Assembly (NCBI GenBank): GCA_964106915.2
Contig: OZ066925.1
Source of the DNA: Podarcis gaigeae
Taxonomy: Eukaryota
Reading direction: 5' to 3' (one strand)
Length of the DNA stretch: 64,000 bases
This document shows, in pieces, positions 1 to 11,922 of this stretch. Below the pieces are notes generated by a model. The model saw only the letters and a list, made by a program, of their open reading frames with translations, was not told the origin of the DNA and did no database searches. Every line of letters starts with the position of its first letter. Positions within the stretch are counted from its first letter, which is position 1. The translations under genes were made by a program, and so were the position numbers.

Positions 1-1470
1 ATTATCCATCTACCCTTTCAGAATTAAGAGTTGCACAACCATTGATGAACAATACAGACTTCATAAGCATATATACAAGATTTCACAAGGGGGAAAACAA
101 AATTCTACCATTTGTAACCCAATTCTCCAAATTTGTCTATGATTCTATCTGCAAAAGGCACAACTTAAAAAAACAAGAACTTATCTTTATTTAGGACACT
201 TAAGCAAAATAAACAGATTGTTAAAACTGTGATCTAAAATAAATAAATAAATCAGGCCCACCAGTTCAGATGTATTAGAAATTCAGTGTCAGAAGAAGTA
301 GTACAATTGTTTAAGAAAGTGAAATGGATGTGAAGTTGGCTTCTGGGTTGAATCCAGAGCCAGTTCGTCACACTTAGGTTCTATTGAAATTAATTGGACT
401 TACATTTGTCATGCACTATTTTTCAAATGAATACACTGGAATAAGTCCAGAGTGAGTTTGCCATGCTTGGGTTAACTGAAATCAATGTAAAAATTCGTTT
501 CAATGCCATTTCATCGATTTATTAAGCAGGACCTACTTGTTTGTTTGTTTGTTTATGAGATTTCTTACTACCTTCCACCACAGGGTCCTAAGGCAGGTTG
601 CAACCATATAATCATGCAATATTGAAATCCACTGAAACAAATTGGAACAATCTGAGCTTGTACATCAGACAACAGGGGTAGAATCGCAAAAAAATAGCAG
701 GACAAACTCTGGAACCCCATCAATGTCTTCAATTGCATAGTGACACAGCGGCATGCAGGAAAGGTTTACTAGGGTTCATGTGCTGTATACAAGCAATACA
801 TGGGGAGCAGAGTTCGCTTATAAAACCACTGAAGGATAAAGGACATTAAATGGTCTCATTTTAGCCAATGGAAACTTCTCCGAACTCCCACTTTTAACTG
901 ATAAGAGTTTCTCTTTTTAAAATGTAACCGCTGCACCAAAGAAGGCAGAAGCTTACTCTTTTTACAACCTGATCCTGTGCTCAGTAAGGCTTACTCCCAA
1001 GTAAATGTACGCAATGGTACGGCCTTAAAAGAGAGAGAGAAAATGAAGTTTCCAATCAATTAGATAGATGTGTTGTACTGAAAGTGAAGTTCCATTACTG
1101 GCAGCACGATCACATCCATGCACTAAATTAGCATCCTGGGTAAATGCCAGAGATGACCAAGTTTTTAGCATTATTGCTCCTGCTAGATCTTTAATAGTTG
1201 TTAGATGAGGTTATTTTGGCAAGGGAAGCTCTTGAAGTCCCTGTTGCAGTGGGACATCATGACAAGGGGCATCTGCTGCTGACAATCTTGCCTTCTTGCT
1301 GGATCAGAATAGAAGCTCACCTACTCTGTCTCCAGCAATGATCAGCTCTTGGATAGCTCACAACCAAGGCATGATGGGCAAAACTTTTGGTAGTGGGCTA
1401 TATTGGTATAAATACTGTGGTGTATCCGATTAAGACATAACTGGAGTAGACCCGTTGACAATAGCAATCA

Positions 1471-2865
1471 TAGAACTTTCTTTATGTATGCAACAACAGC
1501 AGCAAGAATACTCATTGCAAAGTATTGGAAGATACAAGATCTACCCACCCGGGAAGAATGGCAGATGAAGGTGATGGACTACATGGAACTGGCAGAAATG
1601 ACTGGCAGAATCCGAGACCAGGGAGAAGAGTCAGTGGAGGAAGATTGGAAGAAATTTAAAGACTATTTACAGAAACATTGCAAAATTAATGAATGTTAGA
1701 ATGATGTTGGAATCAAGCTAAGTGGTTTTAGCAGTAACGTTACAAAGGAGTATGTAAAAAATGGATTGTTAACAGGTGTCAGAGCTGCCCTAGGTCCCAG
1801 CTCACAAAGGACCAACGCCAGTTCTTGTTATATACAAAAGTCTTTATTGAAGTTCAGTTTCGATTTCAAAGCCGCGGCGCGCAGTCCTACGTCTTGAACT
1901 CTAGACCGCTGAAGCTCCGTCTGAATCTCCTCCCCCCAGGCACCAGTTTAAGACTCTAGCCCTGCTCCACCTCTTCCTCTGCTCTTTCCTCCTCTGGGTC
2001 CGCCTGTCCGCTGGGGTCTTGCCCTTTCTGGACTCTTCTGACGCTGAGTCCCCTGAGTCTTCCCCCTGCCTCCGGCGGGCTTTAGGACCTGGTTCCCAAT
2101 CCGGGTTTTCTGCTGTGGTACATTTGAACTTGGCGCCCGCGCCCAGCCGGCAACCTTCCTCCTGACCGTTACACTGCTCCTGTCACTGCTTCCCCCTTCG
2201 GGGGGGCTAGCTGGGCCTGACCTCCCCTCCGTTCCCTCACTCTCCAACAGAGGCGTGGTCAGCCCTGACTCATCTTCTCTCCCTGCTGGAGGAGACGCTG
2301 GCCCTGATGCACGGGACTCTTCCCCCCCACTACGCTCTGGTGGGGGAGCTGGCCCTGATCTCTCGCTGCTGCTTTGGGAGTCCCCACTGGTCCCTTGCTT
2401 CTGGTGTGTCCCCCCTGGGACCCCCCTCGCCCTGGCCATCAGCGCCCCCTTCTGGGAATCTTCTGATTCGCTGGAGAAGCTCATGGAATCTCTCGGGCCA
2501 CTGTCATACTCCCCTACGCTGCCCTCCGATTCTTCCCTTCGCTCTCCATTTCCTCTCTCCCCTGTGCCTCTGCTCCTGAGCCCCTGACAACAGGTGAAAT
2601 GTAAAGTTATAATATATTAAGATAAAGGATTAAGATAAAAACAAAGAGGGAAAGGATTTGCTGAATTAACTAACTGAACTGGAATACAAAAAAGGGAGGT
2701 GTGAGGAGGTCAGGGAAACAAGTAAATGAAAGATAAGACATGGAAAAATTGATTTGTTTTTAATTGTTTTTATTTTTCTGTATTTTGTATCTTTTGTTTC
2801 TTTTTTCTCACTTTTCTTATTTTTGTAATCTTTTTTGAAACTTTAATAAATATCATTAAAAAAAA
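1471..2865 (+). mobile_element. 5'-truncated L1-clade LINE (ORF2 C-terminus, 3'UTR, polyA), interrupted by a solo LTR
   Basis: ORF 1484-1699 (YATTAARILIAKYWK...EEW...W..F) resembles the end of reptile L1 ORF2. AATAAA and polyA at about 2845-2865. TSD gacaatagcaatca at 1457-1470 and 2866-2879. Confidence 0.85.
1777..2589 (-). mobile_element. Solo LTR (Gypsy-like), 813 bp, nested in the L1 3'UTR
   Basis: TGTCAG...CTGACA termini, perfect 5-bp TSD acagg (1772-1776 / 2590-2594), AATAAA on the minus strand near 1843-1848. Confidence 0.85.
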
Positions 2866-3238
2866 GACAATAGCAATCAAGCAATCAAGACAATTGCAAT
2901 CAAGACAATAGCAATCAATAGCAATAAAAAAAAAAGACAATAGCAATCAAGTTTCAACGGGTCTACTCTGAATCTTACTTAGCTATAATCCATTGACTGG
3001 TTTTGAGCGATCATCTTCCATCTTCATAATCCTTTTGGCCACACATATTTCCTCGCTTTGCAATGGGTCTCCACAGTAGTCTTCCGTTAACCATAATTCC
3101 CCCTTTCATTCAGGCTGGTAAAATATATGGTTACCAGCTTCAGAACATGAAACTTTCAAATCATAATTTAAGATAAGATCCTGGCTTACTCCGAACTAGT
3201 AACCATAGTTTACTGTGTTGGGTGAAATGGGAAACTAA

Positions 3239-3493
3239 GAAGAAGAAGAAGAAGAGTTTGGATTTGATATCCCGCCTTTCACTCCCCTTCAGGAGTCTCA
3301 AAGTGGCTAACAACCTCCTTTCCCTTCCTCCCCCACAACAAACACTCTGTGAGGTGAGTGGGGCTGAGAGACTTCACAGAAGTGTGACTAGCCCAAGGTC
3401 ACCCAGCAGCTGCATGTGGAGGAGCGGAGACACGAACCCGGTTCCCCAGATTATGTGACTGCCGCTCTTAACCACTACACCACACTGGCTCTC
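3239..3493 (-). mobile_element. Squam3-type (MIR/Ther1-derived) SINE
   Basis: tRNA-like head GAGCCAGTGTGGTGTAGTGGTTAAGAG, CORE motif GGGTGACCTTGGGCTAGTCAC, (TTC)n tail, TSD aactaa (3233-3238 / 3494-3499). Confidence 0.88.
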
Positions 3494-5788
3494 AACTAAC
3501 TATGGTTACTTGGAAACCTCTGGATCTCATTTCATTTCATTATACATACCCTTCCCTTCATCTCAAAGGAGTCCAGGGTGGCAAGCCTATCTGTGATAAA
3601 ACAATGAATTAAAAACATATTTAAAACAAATTAAAACATATAAAAACATGCAAAACATTCAGAATCACTCTCACAGGCAATAATTTCAAGGTAGCCAGGA
3701 ACAGTACTTTTCAGTCACCAAATGCCTGGGTAAACAGGATTTTTTTATTTATTAAAAAAAATCACTGGGAAGTGTTTTCCACAAATGTGGAGCTTCTACC
3801 AAAAAGATCCTCTCATGGGTCAATGCCAGCCAGGCAGTACCAGTGGAAATACCAAAAGCAGGGGCTTGTCTGATTTTCTGGATACAGCCATTGTCTGGTT
3901 TTACACTTCATGACTGACTGAAGTACTTTTTTAAATACTAAAAGTCCAAATAATCAGTTTTAGGGAATGACAGGAATAAGAGAGTTTTGCTCCCCCATGC
4001 CCCCAAAGATGTCATGAATTCTGGAAGCATTGAACTTTGATGTGCTGAATTATTTGACAGTACTTGAGGGTTCATTTTGCCAGTCACCTACACAAAATTT
4101 GAAGGTGTGGGTGTGTTTCTACCACTTTCTGCGTATAAAAATTCCTTTCATGTTCGTAACTTTTAAGCCTTTGCTACAACTCGTGCAAATTCCTCTGCCA
4201 ATGTTTTCTTAATAGATAGGACATCTTACTTTAATATAGCGCATAATCAAACTGCATAATATATTATACAGTCTTCTTGCTGGTGGACTTTTGATCTTTC
4301 CACTTAAATTTACAATTCTTGGGTGGTTTTTGACTATATTATAGAGCTTTCTACCTTCCTTGGAATACAATGCGAAATCCTGACCAAGACATCGTTTTCC
4401 CGCATGGTTTCCTAACTTGAAGGACCCTAAAGTCCTTTTTATTTTTTATTAAGCTTAAGTAGGGTTACTTGATCTCTGTGAGACACCATATTAGTCAGGC
4501 ATGTACTGGATCTAGCTGAAAGTATAAAGCTAATTTCTTCCTAATGAGCTGACCCTCACGCTTTAAGAGATTCTGAACTTCTAACCAACAGAACTGTTTT
4601 AAGATTTCACTATTAAGTTTCTTAGCCTTAAGTGTTTCGTTTAGTCATAACTTTTTTTGCAAACCACATACCGCGGGGATAAAGATTCAGCAGTACTTGA
4701 CAAGGTCACATGATGAAAGCTTTACGGTGATTCACCACATCCACATAATGAAAGATGCATTGAAATGAGCTGTGTTTACGTCTAGTGTGGAGAGTTGCAT
4801 AATATAATTCCTGCAGCACCGTAGCCAGCGATGTAGTGTGTCATGGCAGAAACAGGATGCTGAAGCTTATCAGCCTTCACTTTCCACAACTGTTTAGTGT
4901 GGCACGAAATAAGATGGCACTTCTGACAGTCCAAATCCTAAGAAGTGAGCGTATTCCAGAGATGTGCAGCTCATTATTCTCCAAGCGCTGACAGAAATAG
5001 ATGCAGGGCTGCTTCAACTCACAGTTTAACTATAGTAAATCATAGGTGGCTATCTGTGGTTGTTTACCCAGCGGCATAATGGCTCTCCCATTCAAATCCA
5101 GAAAGAGAGCATATAATCACTACTCTCCTCCTGCTTACAAAAACAACAACAACAAAAATAAAATTATGGCACCCAAGAGCCATATCCTTCTGTATGAACC
5201 TGACTGGGCGTGTTTCAAAAGAATATCCAATCTGAGACAGTGTTTGAGTCAGGTGGGTGTAGGAAAGATCTCAATCTACGGGGCCCCTGTTCTTATAATG
5301 TTATGCCTTTGGGGTTTTGTATTTATTTTTAAGAAAGAAACGGACAGACATCACCTGTCCTCCGGCCAGCCTAATTTAGCTTTGCAGTCCCTTGTTTCAT
5401 AACTGTCCCAACATCCATGTGTGCATTTATGGTATGCCCTGACAAGTTTCATCCCAACAATGAGTTGTATCCAAGGTTAGTTCTACTCCAGAGTAGACCT
5501 TATGAAATTAATGGGTATAGCTCACTTATTCCAACTGACTTCAGAAGTTCTACTAAAACTTAGCTGGAAAGAACCCAATATGCTTGTAACACAGTTATGT
5601 TACTGCTATTGATGTTTACATGAAGTTACTATCACAGATCAGAGGCCATGGACTAGGCTTTTGTATCCTTTGAACACAGTATTCCATTGGATCGTGTTAC
5701 TTGGCTTTAATATTTGCTCCCTCAGGTAATACCTATTTTGAGGTTTGGTGTGCCAGATCAGATGAAATTTATTTATTTATGGTTAACA

Positions 5789-5928
5789 GCAGTGCTGTTT
5801 TTCTAGAAAAAGAGGTGCTGGACCTCACCATAAACACTTCCCTCGTTCTCTTAGAATGGGTATGGCGCTCACCTGAGAGGTGCCGGAAATCAGTTCCAGC
5901 AAGTTCCGGCTAAAAAGAAGAAGCCCTG
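5789..5928. mobile_element. Short non-autonomous DNA transposon (hAT-like MITE)
   Basis: Imperfect TIRs cagtgctgttttt / aagaagccctg with a degraded flanking duplication. Confidence 0.5.
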
Positions 5929-6378
5929 GTTACTGAAGTAACAAACCTAAAATAACAGGAAATGTTGCATATAGCACGAAACACAGTGCAGATAAGACTT
6001 GCAAAACTGTATGGTACATATGAGTACCTATTCCCCAAGCTACAAACCATTGAAGTTCCCAAACTATTTATATAGTGAAAAGTCCAGAGTTAGTGAATAT
6101 TCTTATGTCAACACCTTCCATTAGGGCTAAAACCAGCAGATTACTCACTGAGGAAGAAGCTGGAATTATGCCCTCAAGGTTCCATGAGGAAGAAACTTTT
6201 ATCTGAAACAGCAAGTATGAGGATGAGAGTGCCATGCAGGTGATGTCATCCTGAAACGGCCAGGCAGCAGTTTACCTGGCTTGCCACAAACCTATAACAC
6301 CAGTAAGTGAAAATACCCTAATCTACCCTTGACAGAGCTACAGCTAACAGCACCCTTAACAAACTACAGTTCCCATGT

Positions 6379-6943
6379 TTTGGCCCTGCATACCTGAAGG
6401 AGTGTCTCCATCCCCATTGTTCATTGTTCAGCCCAGACGCTGAGGTCCACCTCTGAGGGACCTCTGGCTGTTCCCTCACTGTGAGAACAGAGATTAACAG
6501 GAACCAGGGAGAGGGCCTTCTCAGTAGTGGTACCCACCCTACTGCGGAATTCAAAGTGTTAGTGTTGACCTTTAAAGCCCTAATCGGCCTAGCCCAGTAT
6601 TCCTGAAGGAGCATCTCCACCCTCATCGTTCAGCCCAGACGCTGAGGTCCAGCTCCGAGGGCCTTCTGGCAGTTCCCTTCCTGCGAGAATTGAGGTTACA
6701 GGGAACCAGCCAGAGGGCCTTCTTGGTAGTGGCACCCGCCCTGCGGAACACCCTCCCACCAGATGTCAAGGAAATAAACAACTACCTGACTTTCAGAAGA
6801 CACCTGAATGTAGCTCTGTATAGGGAAGTTTTTTATGTTTGATGTTTTACTGTGTTTTAATTTGTTGGTAGCCACCCAGAGTAGCTGGGGCAACCCCAGT
6901 CAGATGGGTGGCATATAAATATATTGTTATTATTATTATTATT
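6379..6943 (+). mobile_element. Two tandem L2 LINE 3' fragments (6379-6548 and 6549-6943)
   Basis: Both carry the L2 ORF2 C-terminal block (YLKE.L.P....QTLRS..EG.L.VP...GT..RAF.V). The second ends in the L2 3'UTR and (TAT)n. Confidence 0.82.
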
Positions 6944-7722
6944 AGCCATATGCTTTAAATGAGTTTTAAACTTATGATGTGGAGATGAACAGATGTATAT
7001 CAGCTGCTTCTATTGATCTAATGCTTCACTGGGCGGACAGTTTTAAAGGATTTCTCTAAGAAAAGAGAGCTCTTCACATAGCTAGCAGGCTCACAGAGAT
7101 TAGTTTACTAAAAAGGTCAAATGAACTGAAGGACTTCCTTTCCCACATAAAAGCTAATCCAGCACTTCACAGTAATATTAGTGGTAATTAATTTTGGGAT
7201 ATTTATAGGGTTTTCTGCACAAGCCAAATTCCAAGGAAGCAGTTCTTTGCTTTTGTGTAGATTCTGTTAAACTTGAGTGTGGTTTGTGAGGAGATTTTTC
7301 TGGATGGACCGTGTCTATTCTGAATTACTTAAAAAGGATGTGCAAAATCAGGGGGAAACTACCCTTAAGGGAAATAATTCTGCATATATAAAAGGAAAAA
7401 ATGTGATCTCAGTAGTGAATAGTAGTGCCCGTTCCAAAAAGGGAGCAGTTTAACTGCTAATAAATATCATTCAGTAAAACAAACCAGTCATTCACCAGGC
7501 AGGGAAAAGCAGCAATGGCAGGTAAAGGCAAAACACAAGTAAAACAAGGCCACAACTTTATTGACATGAGTTGGCAAAGCATGGGACAAGGATCCATCAA
7601 TTGGGCAGCCCAATTGCTGGCCTGATCCCCCACTCTACCAGCCCACTTACCTAGTAACATGGATGAGTTTCCAGAGGGAACTTCTTACCATAGTGTGCTC
7701 AAGTGCACAGCAACTTGGGTTT

Positions 7723-7723
<1 letters not shown>

Positions 7724-7768
<45 letters not shown>

Positions 7769-8085
7769 TAATAATACCCCACCATCTGGCCAGGCCTCCC
7801 CACTCTGGGTGGCTCCCAAGAGAATATTACAAACACGATAAAACATCAAACAACAAAAACTTCCCTAAACAAGGCTGCCTTCAGATGTCTTCTAAAAGTC
7901 AGATAGTTGTTTATTTCCTTGAGATCTGATGGGAGGGCGGGTGCCACTACCAAGAAGGCCCTCTGCCTGGTTCCCTGTAACCTCACTTCTCGCAGTGAGG
8001 GAACCGCCAGAAGGCCCTCGGCGCTGGACCTCAGTGTCTGGGCTGAATGATGGAGGTGGAGACACTCCTTCAGGTATACTGAAGA
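7724..8085 (-). mobile_element. L2 LINE 3' fragment with (TTA)n microsatellite tail
   Basis: ORF 7846-8142: YLKECLHLHHSAQTLRSSAEGLLAVPSLREVRLQGTRQRAFLVVAP...FRRHLKAALFRE. (TTA)n at 7724-7768. Confidence 0.85.
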
Positions 8086-9547
8086 CATCCAGTACCTCTC
8101 CCCAAAAACACTTGGGTCGGGGCCTTTCAATGCACCCTCCAAGGCTCCTTAAGGGGATCACCTCATAAGCTATAGATCCTGCCCAATGCTCCTACCAAGT
8201 ATGTGTATGACAGACTGACTGAATTACAGGCTAGCAATGACTCTCATACGAGGCTGACCCTACATACATTTATATTAATAAAGGCCTAATTTACTCCATA
8301 TACTTCAATATACCAGTTTACTTCTTGGCCCATCAGGAAGCAGCACCCAGAATTCATCTGCAGCACAGCATCTACTAGTCTACCTATCAAGGTGGTTTAC
8401 TATCTCTCGTACAGAGCTGTGGAGTCTAGCCAAAGCACACAAGAACTCCATAATACTCATCATTTGGGTCCTGATCTGAATCTGCAGAACAGGCAAGCTG
8501 ACACCAGCTAGCACACTAAAAATAATGAGGGATGTTGGCTAAGTTTATTATGTTTGAACAGACGGCATCAAGTGTGGAAGGAATCGTAGGTGTATTGCTT
8601 TACTATAAATAGCAAAAGGCAGATTATGGGTTTCAGGATGTTTCTGGCAGACTGATTCATTCTCAGCTCCTTTACAATAACATTTGAGACTAAGCACTGT
8701 TCTCTGGTTGGAACAGCCCCCCCCCCCTCTGAGTTTGCCCCTTGCTCATAACAAAAATAAATTTGCCACCGGGTGGCATGCTTGGTGATCTGCAGTGAGA
8801 TGCCTTGGTCTGTAAAACCTTGGAAGCAGAAAAGTTTGCAAGGGCTTTTGAGTCCTTTTGAGGTTAAGCTTCTCTCTCCCCTGATTCTGGGAAATGGGCT
8901 ATGAAGATGGAATGCTAGTCAGCTGCTGAACCATTTTCATTTTGTTTGAAAGGATTTGCCTTTTATTTTTATTTTTAACTCCCACCTCCTTTTACTTTAA
9001 TGCATCGTTCAAAACACAGTGCAAAAATATGATATCAAAGTTCAGGAGCAGAACTACATTAAGAACCAAGTTAAAATATTTTAAAAGCAAGTAATACTCT
9101 TTTAAAAACAGGATAGGACCCTTAGGCTAAGGGACTAAATGTGGGCCCCGGGCCTCCTTAAGTGGCCCCCATAAATCTTCCTCTACCACGTACCCTCCCC
9201 AGACCACACCCCCTCACAACCCCTGCTCTGCACGAACCTCAATTGCCTTGTAGGACCAGCATGGATAGTTGGCCCTGGTGAATATTTGACATTTCCCCCC
9301 TTTATGGCTTTGATCTATAGGCTGCATTTTAAGCTGCAACTGTATTCTAACTTATATTTTAATCAACTGTTTTTGTTTTGTGTTTTGTTTGTTTTGTTTT
9401 TAATGTTTTTACTGTATTTATATTCAGTGTTAGCTGCCCTGAGCCTGGTCTTGGCTGGGGAGGGTGGGGTGTAAATAAAATTTATTATTATTATTATTAT
9501 TAATCTGGCTGGCTTGGGTTCTTGGAACTTTTCTCCTTGGATTGTTT

Positions 9548-9583
9548 GTATGTATGTATGTATGTATGTATGTATGTATGTAT
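9548..9583. repeat. (TATG)n microsatellite
   Basis: About 9 tandem TATG units. Confidence 0.95.
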
Positions 9584-9589
9584 TTCATG

Positions 9590-10105
9590 CTTAATGAACT
9601 TATATCCTGTTGTTCCTCCCAAAGGAGTCCACGGCAGCAAACAGATCTGCAATTTTAAAACAAAAACATTCCACTTCCTAAAAAAATTTTTTTAAAAAAA
9701 TTACAGGTTTTTGTTTTTGTTTAAAAAAATATTCCATTCAGGGATCTTGGGTTTGCCAGAACAGTATTCTACAGTCACCAAATGCCTAGGTGAACAGGAA
9801 TGTTTTCAAATTCCTCCTGAGAGCTAATAATAACAGGGAGGGGCTAACATCACTCGAGGGCATTACATTACAGGGCAACCACCACTTTAAAGGCCCTGTG
9901 ATGGATCAATCCTGCCGTGGGCACCACCAACTAGGCCTCACCTGCCAATTGTAGGGTCTGAAATGGTTGGTACTGGGGAAGGTGGGTTTTTTAGGTACTT
10001 GGGTCCCAAGCCATTTAGGGCTTTATATACCAGTACTAAGACCTTGAATTGGGCCCAGTAGCTCACTGGCAGCCAGTGCAATGCATCCAGGACCAGTGTG
10101 AGGGT
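9590..10105 (-). mobile_element. Old degraded L2 LINE 3' fragment
   Basis: Typical L2 antisense motifs (ggtcccaagccatttagggctttata...accttgaattgggcc...ggcagccagtgca). Similar to 3530-3870. Confidence 0.6.
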
Positions 10106-10975
10106 CTGCGTGTTATGCAGAAACTTCTGACTTCTGTGGGGCTGGAATGTATCCTACAGTCTAAGTGCCACATCCATTGCTCCACCTGCTTTGGCCACAC
10201 CCCACAATGGCATGCAGTCAGGCTTAAAAAAAAAGGTTCCCACTCCTGTTTTAAAAGATTTAATTCTTCCTCTTTTCCAAACAAGGTTCTGTTTGTACAG
10301 GTCAATAATTCAGTAACGAAAGGAGTAATCAGTAACAAAAACTCAGTAGCGAAAAGAGAAAGAGATTGTGTGAATCTTCCCCGATTCAGAAGAGAAGGTC
10401 TCAGCTCAAGTGTGTCAAACTAGTAAATGAAGAAAACCAGATTTAGCTTCCTGTCTGTAGTGAAGAGAGCCACTTTTCGGGGTAGGAGGTTACAGGCCTC
10501 TGATCTTCTGAAGCTCTACGGAGATATGAATAAACAGTCTTGTTCGATCAAAGCCACAGTAAATGGAAGGAAAAGATATTCTCCAGAACTTGGTTCCTCC
10601 CCCTGCTATTCACTTCTGCCCTGCAGCATCACGGGCTCCTGAGGGAGACTGACATCCAGCCCTAAGTATGTGAAGAGGAATGAAAGGCTAGCTGGAGACA
10701 TTGGAGGGTTTTGTACATTCATGCTCTCATTCTGGGGCTTCATTTGGTTAGAAAGAGGTTGAAAATATCCATGCAATCAACAAAATATTATGAGCACAAC
10801 ATGGAGAAACTAAGGCATAGTACAGTAAAGGAAGCCATCCTACTACATTCTTCCTTGAGTTTACAGGTGCGGAAATGTGAAGAATTGGAAAGTCATTTCA
10901 TAAGAAAACTTACAAATTTTTCAGCCAGTGATTTCTTTGCCTCTACTTTGTTGTTTTTAATTCAGAACATGTAAC

Positions 10976-11404
10976 CAGGGCCAGATTTAGGTTTGATGAG
11001 GCCCTAAGCTACTGAAGGTAATGGGGCCCTTTTTATGTCCAGCTGTCCTTTGTCAACAATTGTCGTTGTTTTTTGTGTTGAATATATGCTATATGGTAAT
11101 TTATGGATCTAATAGGTATCTAAAGCCATTTGCATATGCAGAATGTAGGCTCCCTATATATAGAAATGAGCAAAGCAGTGATATTTTAGGGAGCAGGCTA
11201 GCAGGCGGGGCCCATTCCTTACATCATAGGAGCCTACACAACACAAAAATATGTTGCTGTATGTAGGTTTTATTTTATTTGTTTTTTAATCTTATATTTT
11301 GGAAATGTACATCCAGTTTTTTTCTCTTTACATTTTTTGGGGGCCCCCAAGAGAATGGGACCCTAAGCTATAGCTTGTTTAGCTTATACGTAAATCCGGC
11401 ATTG
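10976..11404 (+). mobile_element. hAT-family MITE (longest copy, 429 bp)
   Basis: TIRs CAGGGCCAGATTTA / TAAATCCGGCATTG, 8-bp TSD catgtaac/catctaac. Same family at 34050 and 57240. Confidence 0.85.
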
Positions 11405-11640
11405 CATCTAACTATTAAAAAAGAAAAAGCACGCTTCACACCAAAATATTTTATGGCTCATGATTTACCACCAGCTATGTATTCAAAGGATGGAAACTCA
11501 GGCGTCTTGGAAGAAATCAGAGCCTAAATCAGTATGGTGACTTTTAGGCACCTCAGGTATTGCCAGACACCCTGACTATAGGAGATGGACGCCAACTGTA
11601 TATGGAGAGAAACAGTTTTCCCATCCCTGGCCAAGATGAT

Positions 11641-11922
11641 TTTGTTGTTCTTTAGTCGTTCAGTCATGTCCAACTCTTCATGACCCCATGGACCAGAGCA
11701 CGCCAGGCACTCCTGTCTTCCACTGCCTCCCGCAGTTTGGTCAAACTCATGCTGGTAGCTTCAAGAACACTGTCCAACCATCTCGTCCTCTGTTGTACCC
11801 TTCTCCTTGTGCCCTCCATCTTTCCCAACATCAGGGTCTTTTCCAGGAAGTCTTCTCTTCTCATGAGGTGGCCAAAGAATTGGAGCCTCAGCTTCAGGAT
11901 CTGTCCTTCCAGTGAGCACTCC
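11641..11922 (-). mobile_element. Bov-B (RTE) LINE 3' fragment
   Basis: Translation SLEGQILKLRLQFFGHLMRRED.LEKTLMLGK.EG.RRR..QRTRWLD...KLREAVEDRSAWRALVHGV, (CAA)n-type tail, TSD atgat. Confidence 0.92.

Noticed and set aside
7659-7929. Poly-Ile / poly-Leu ORFs resembling membrane or signal peptides
   Set aside because: They are translations of the (TTA)n microsatellite at an L2 tail.
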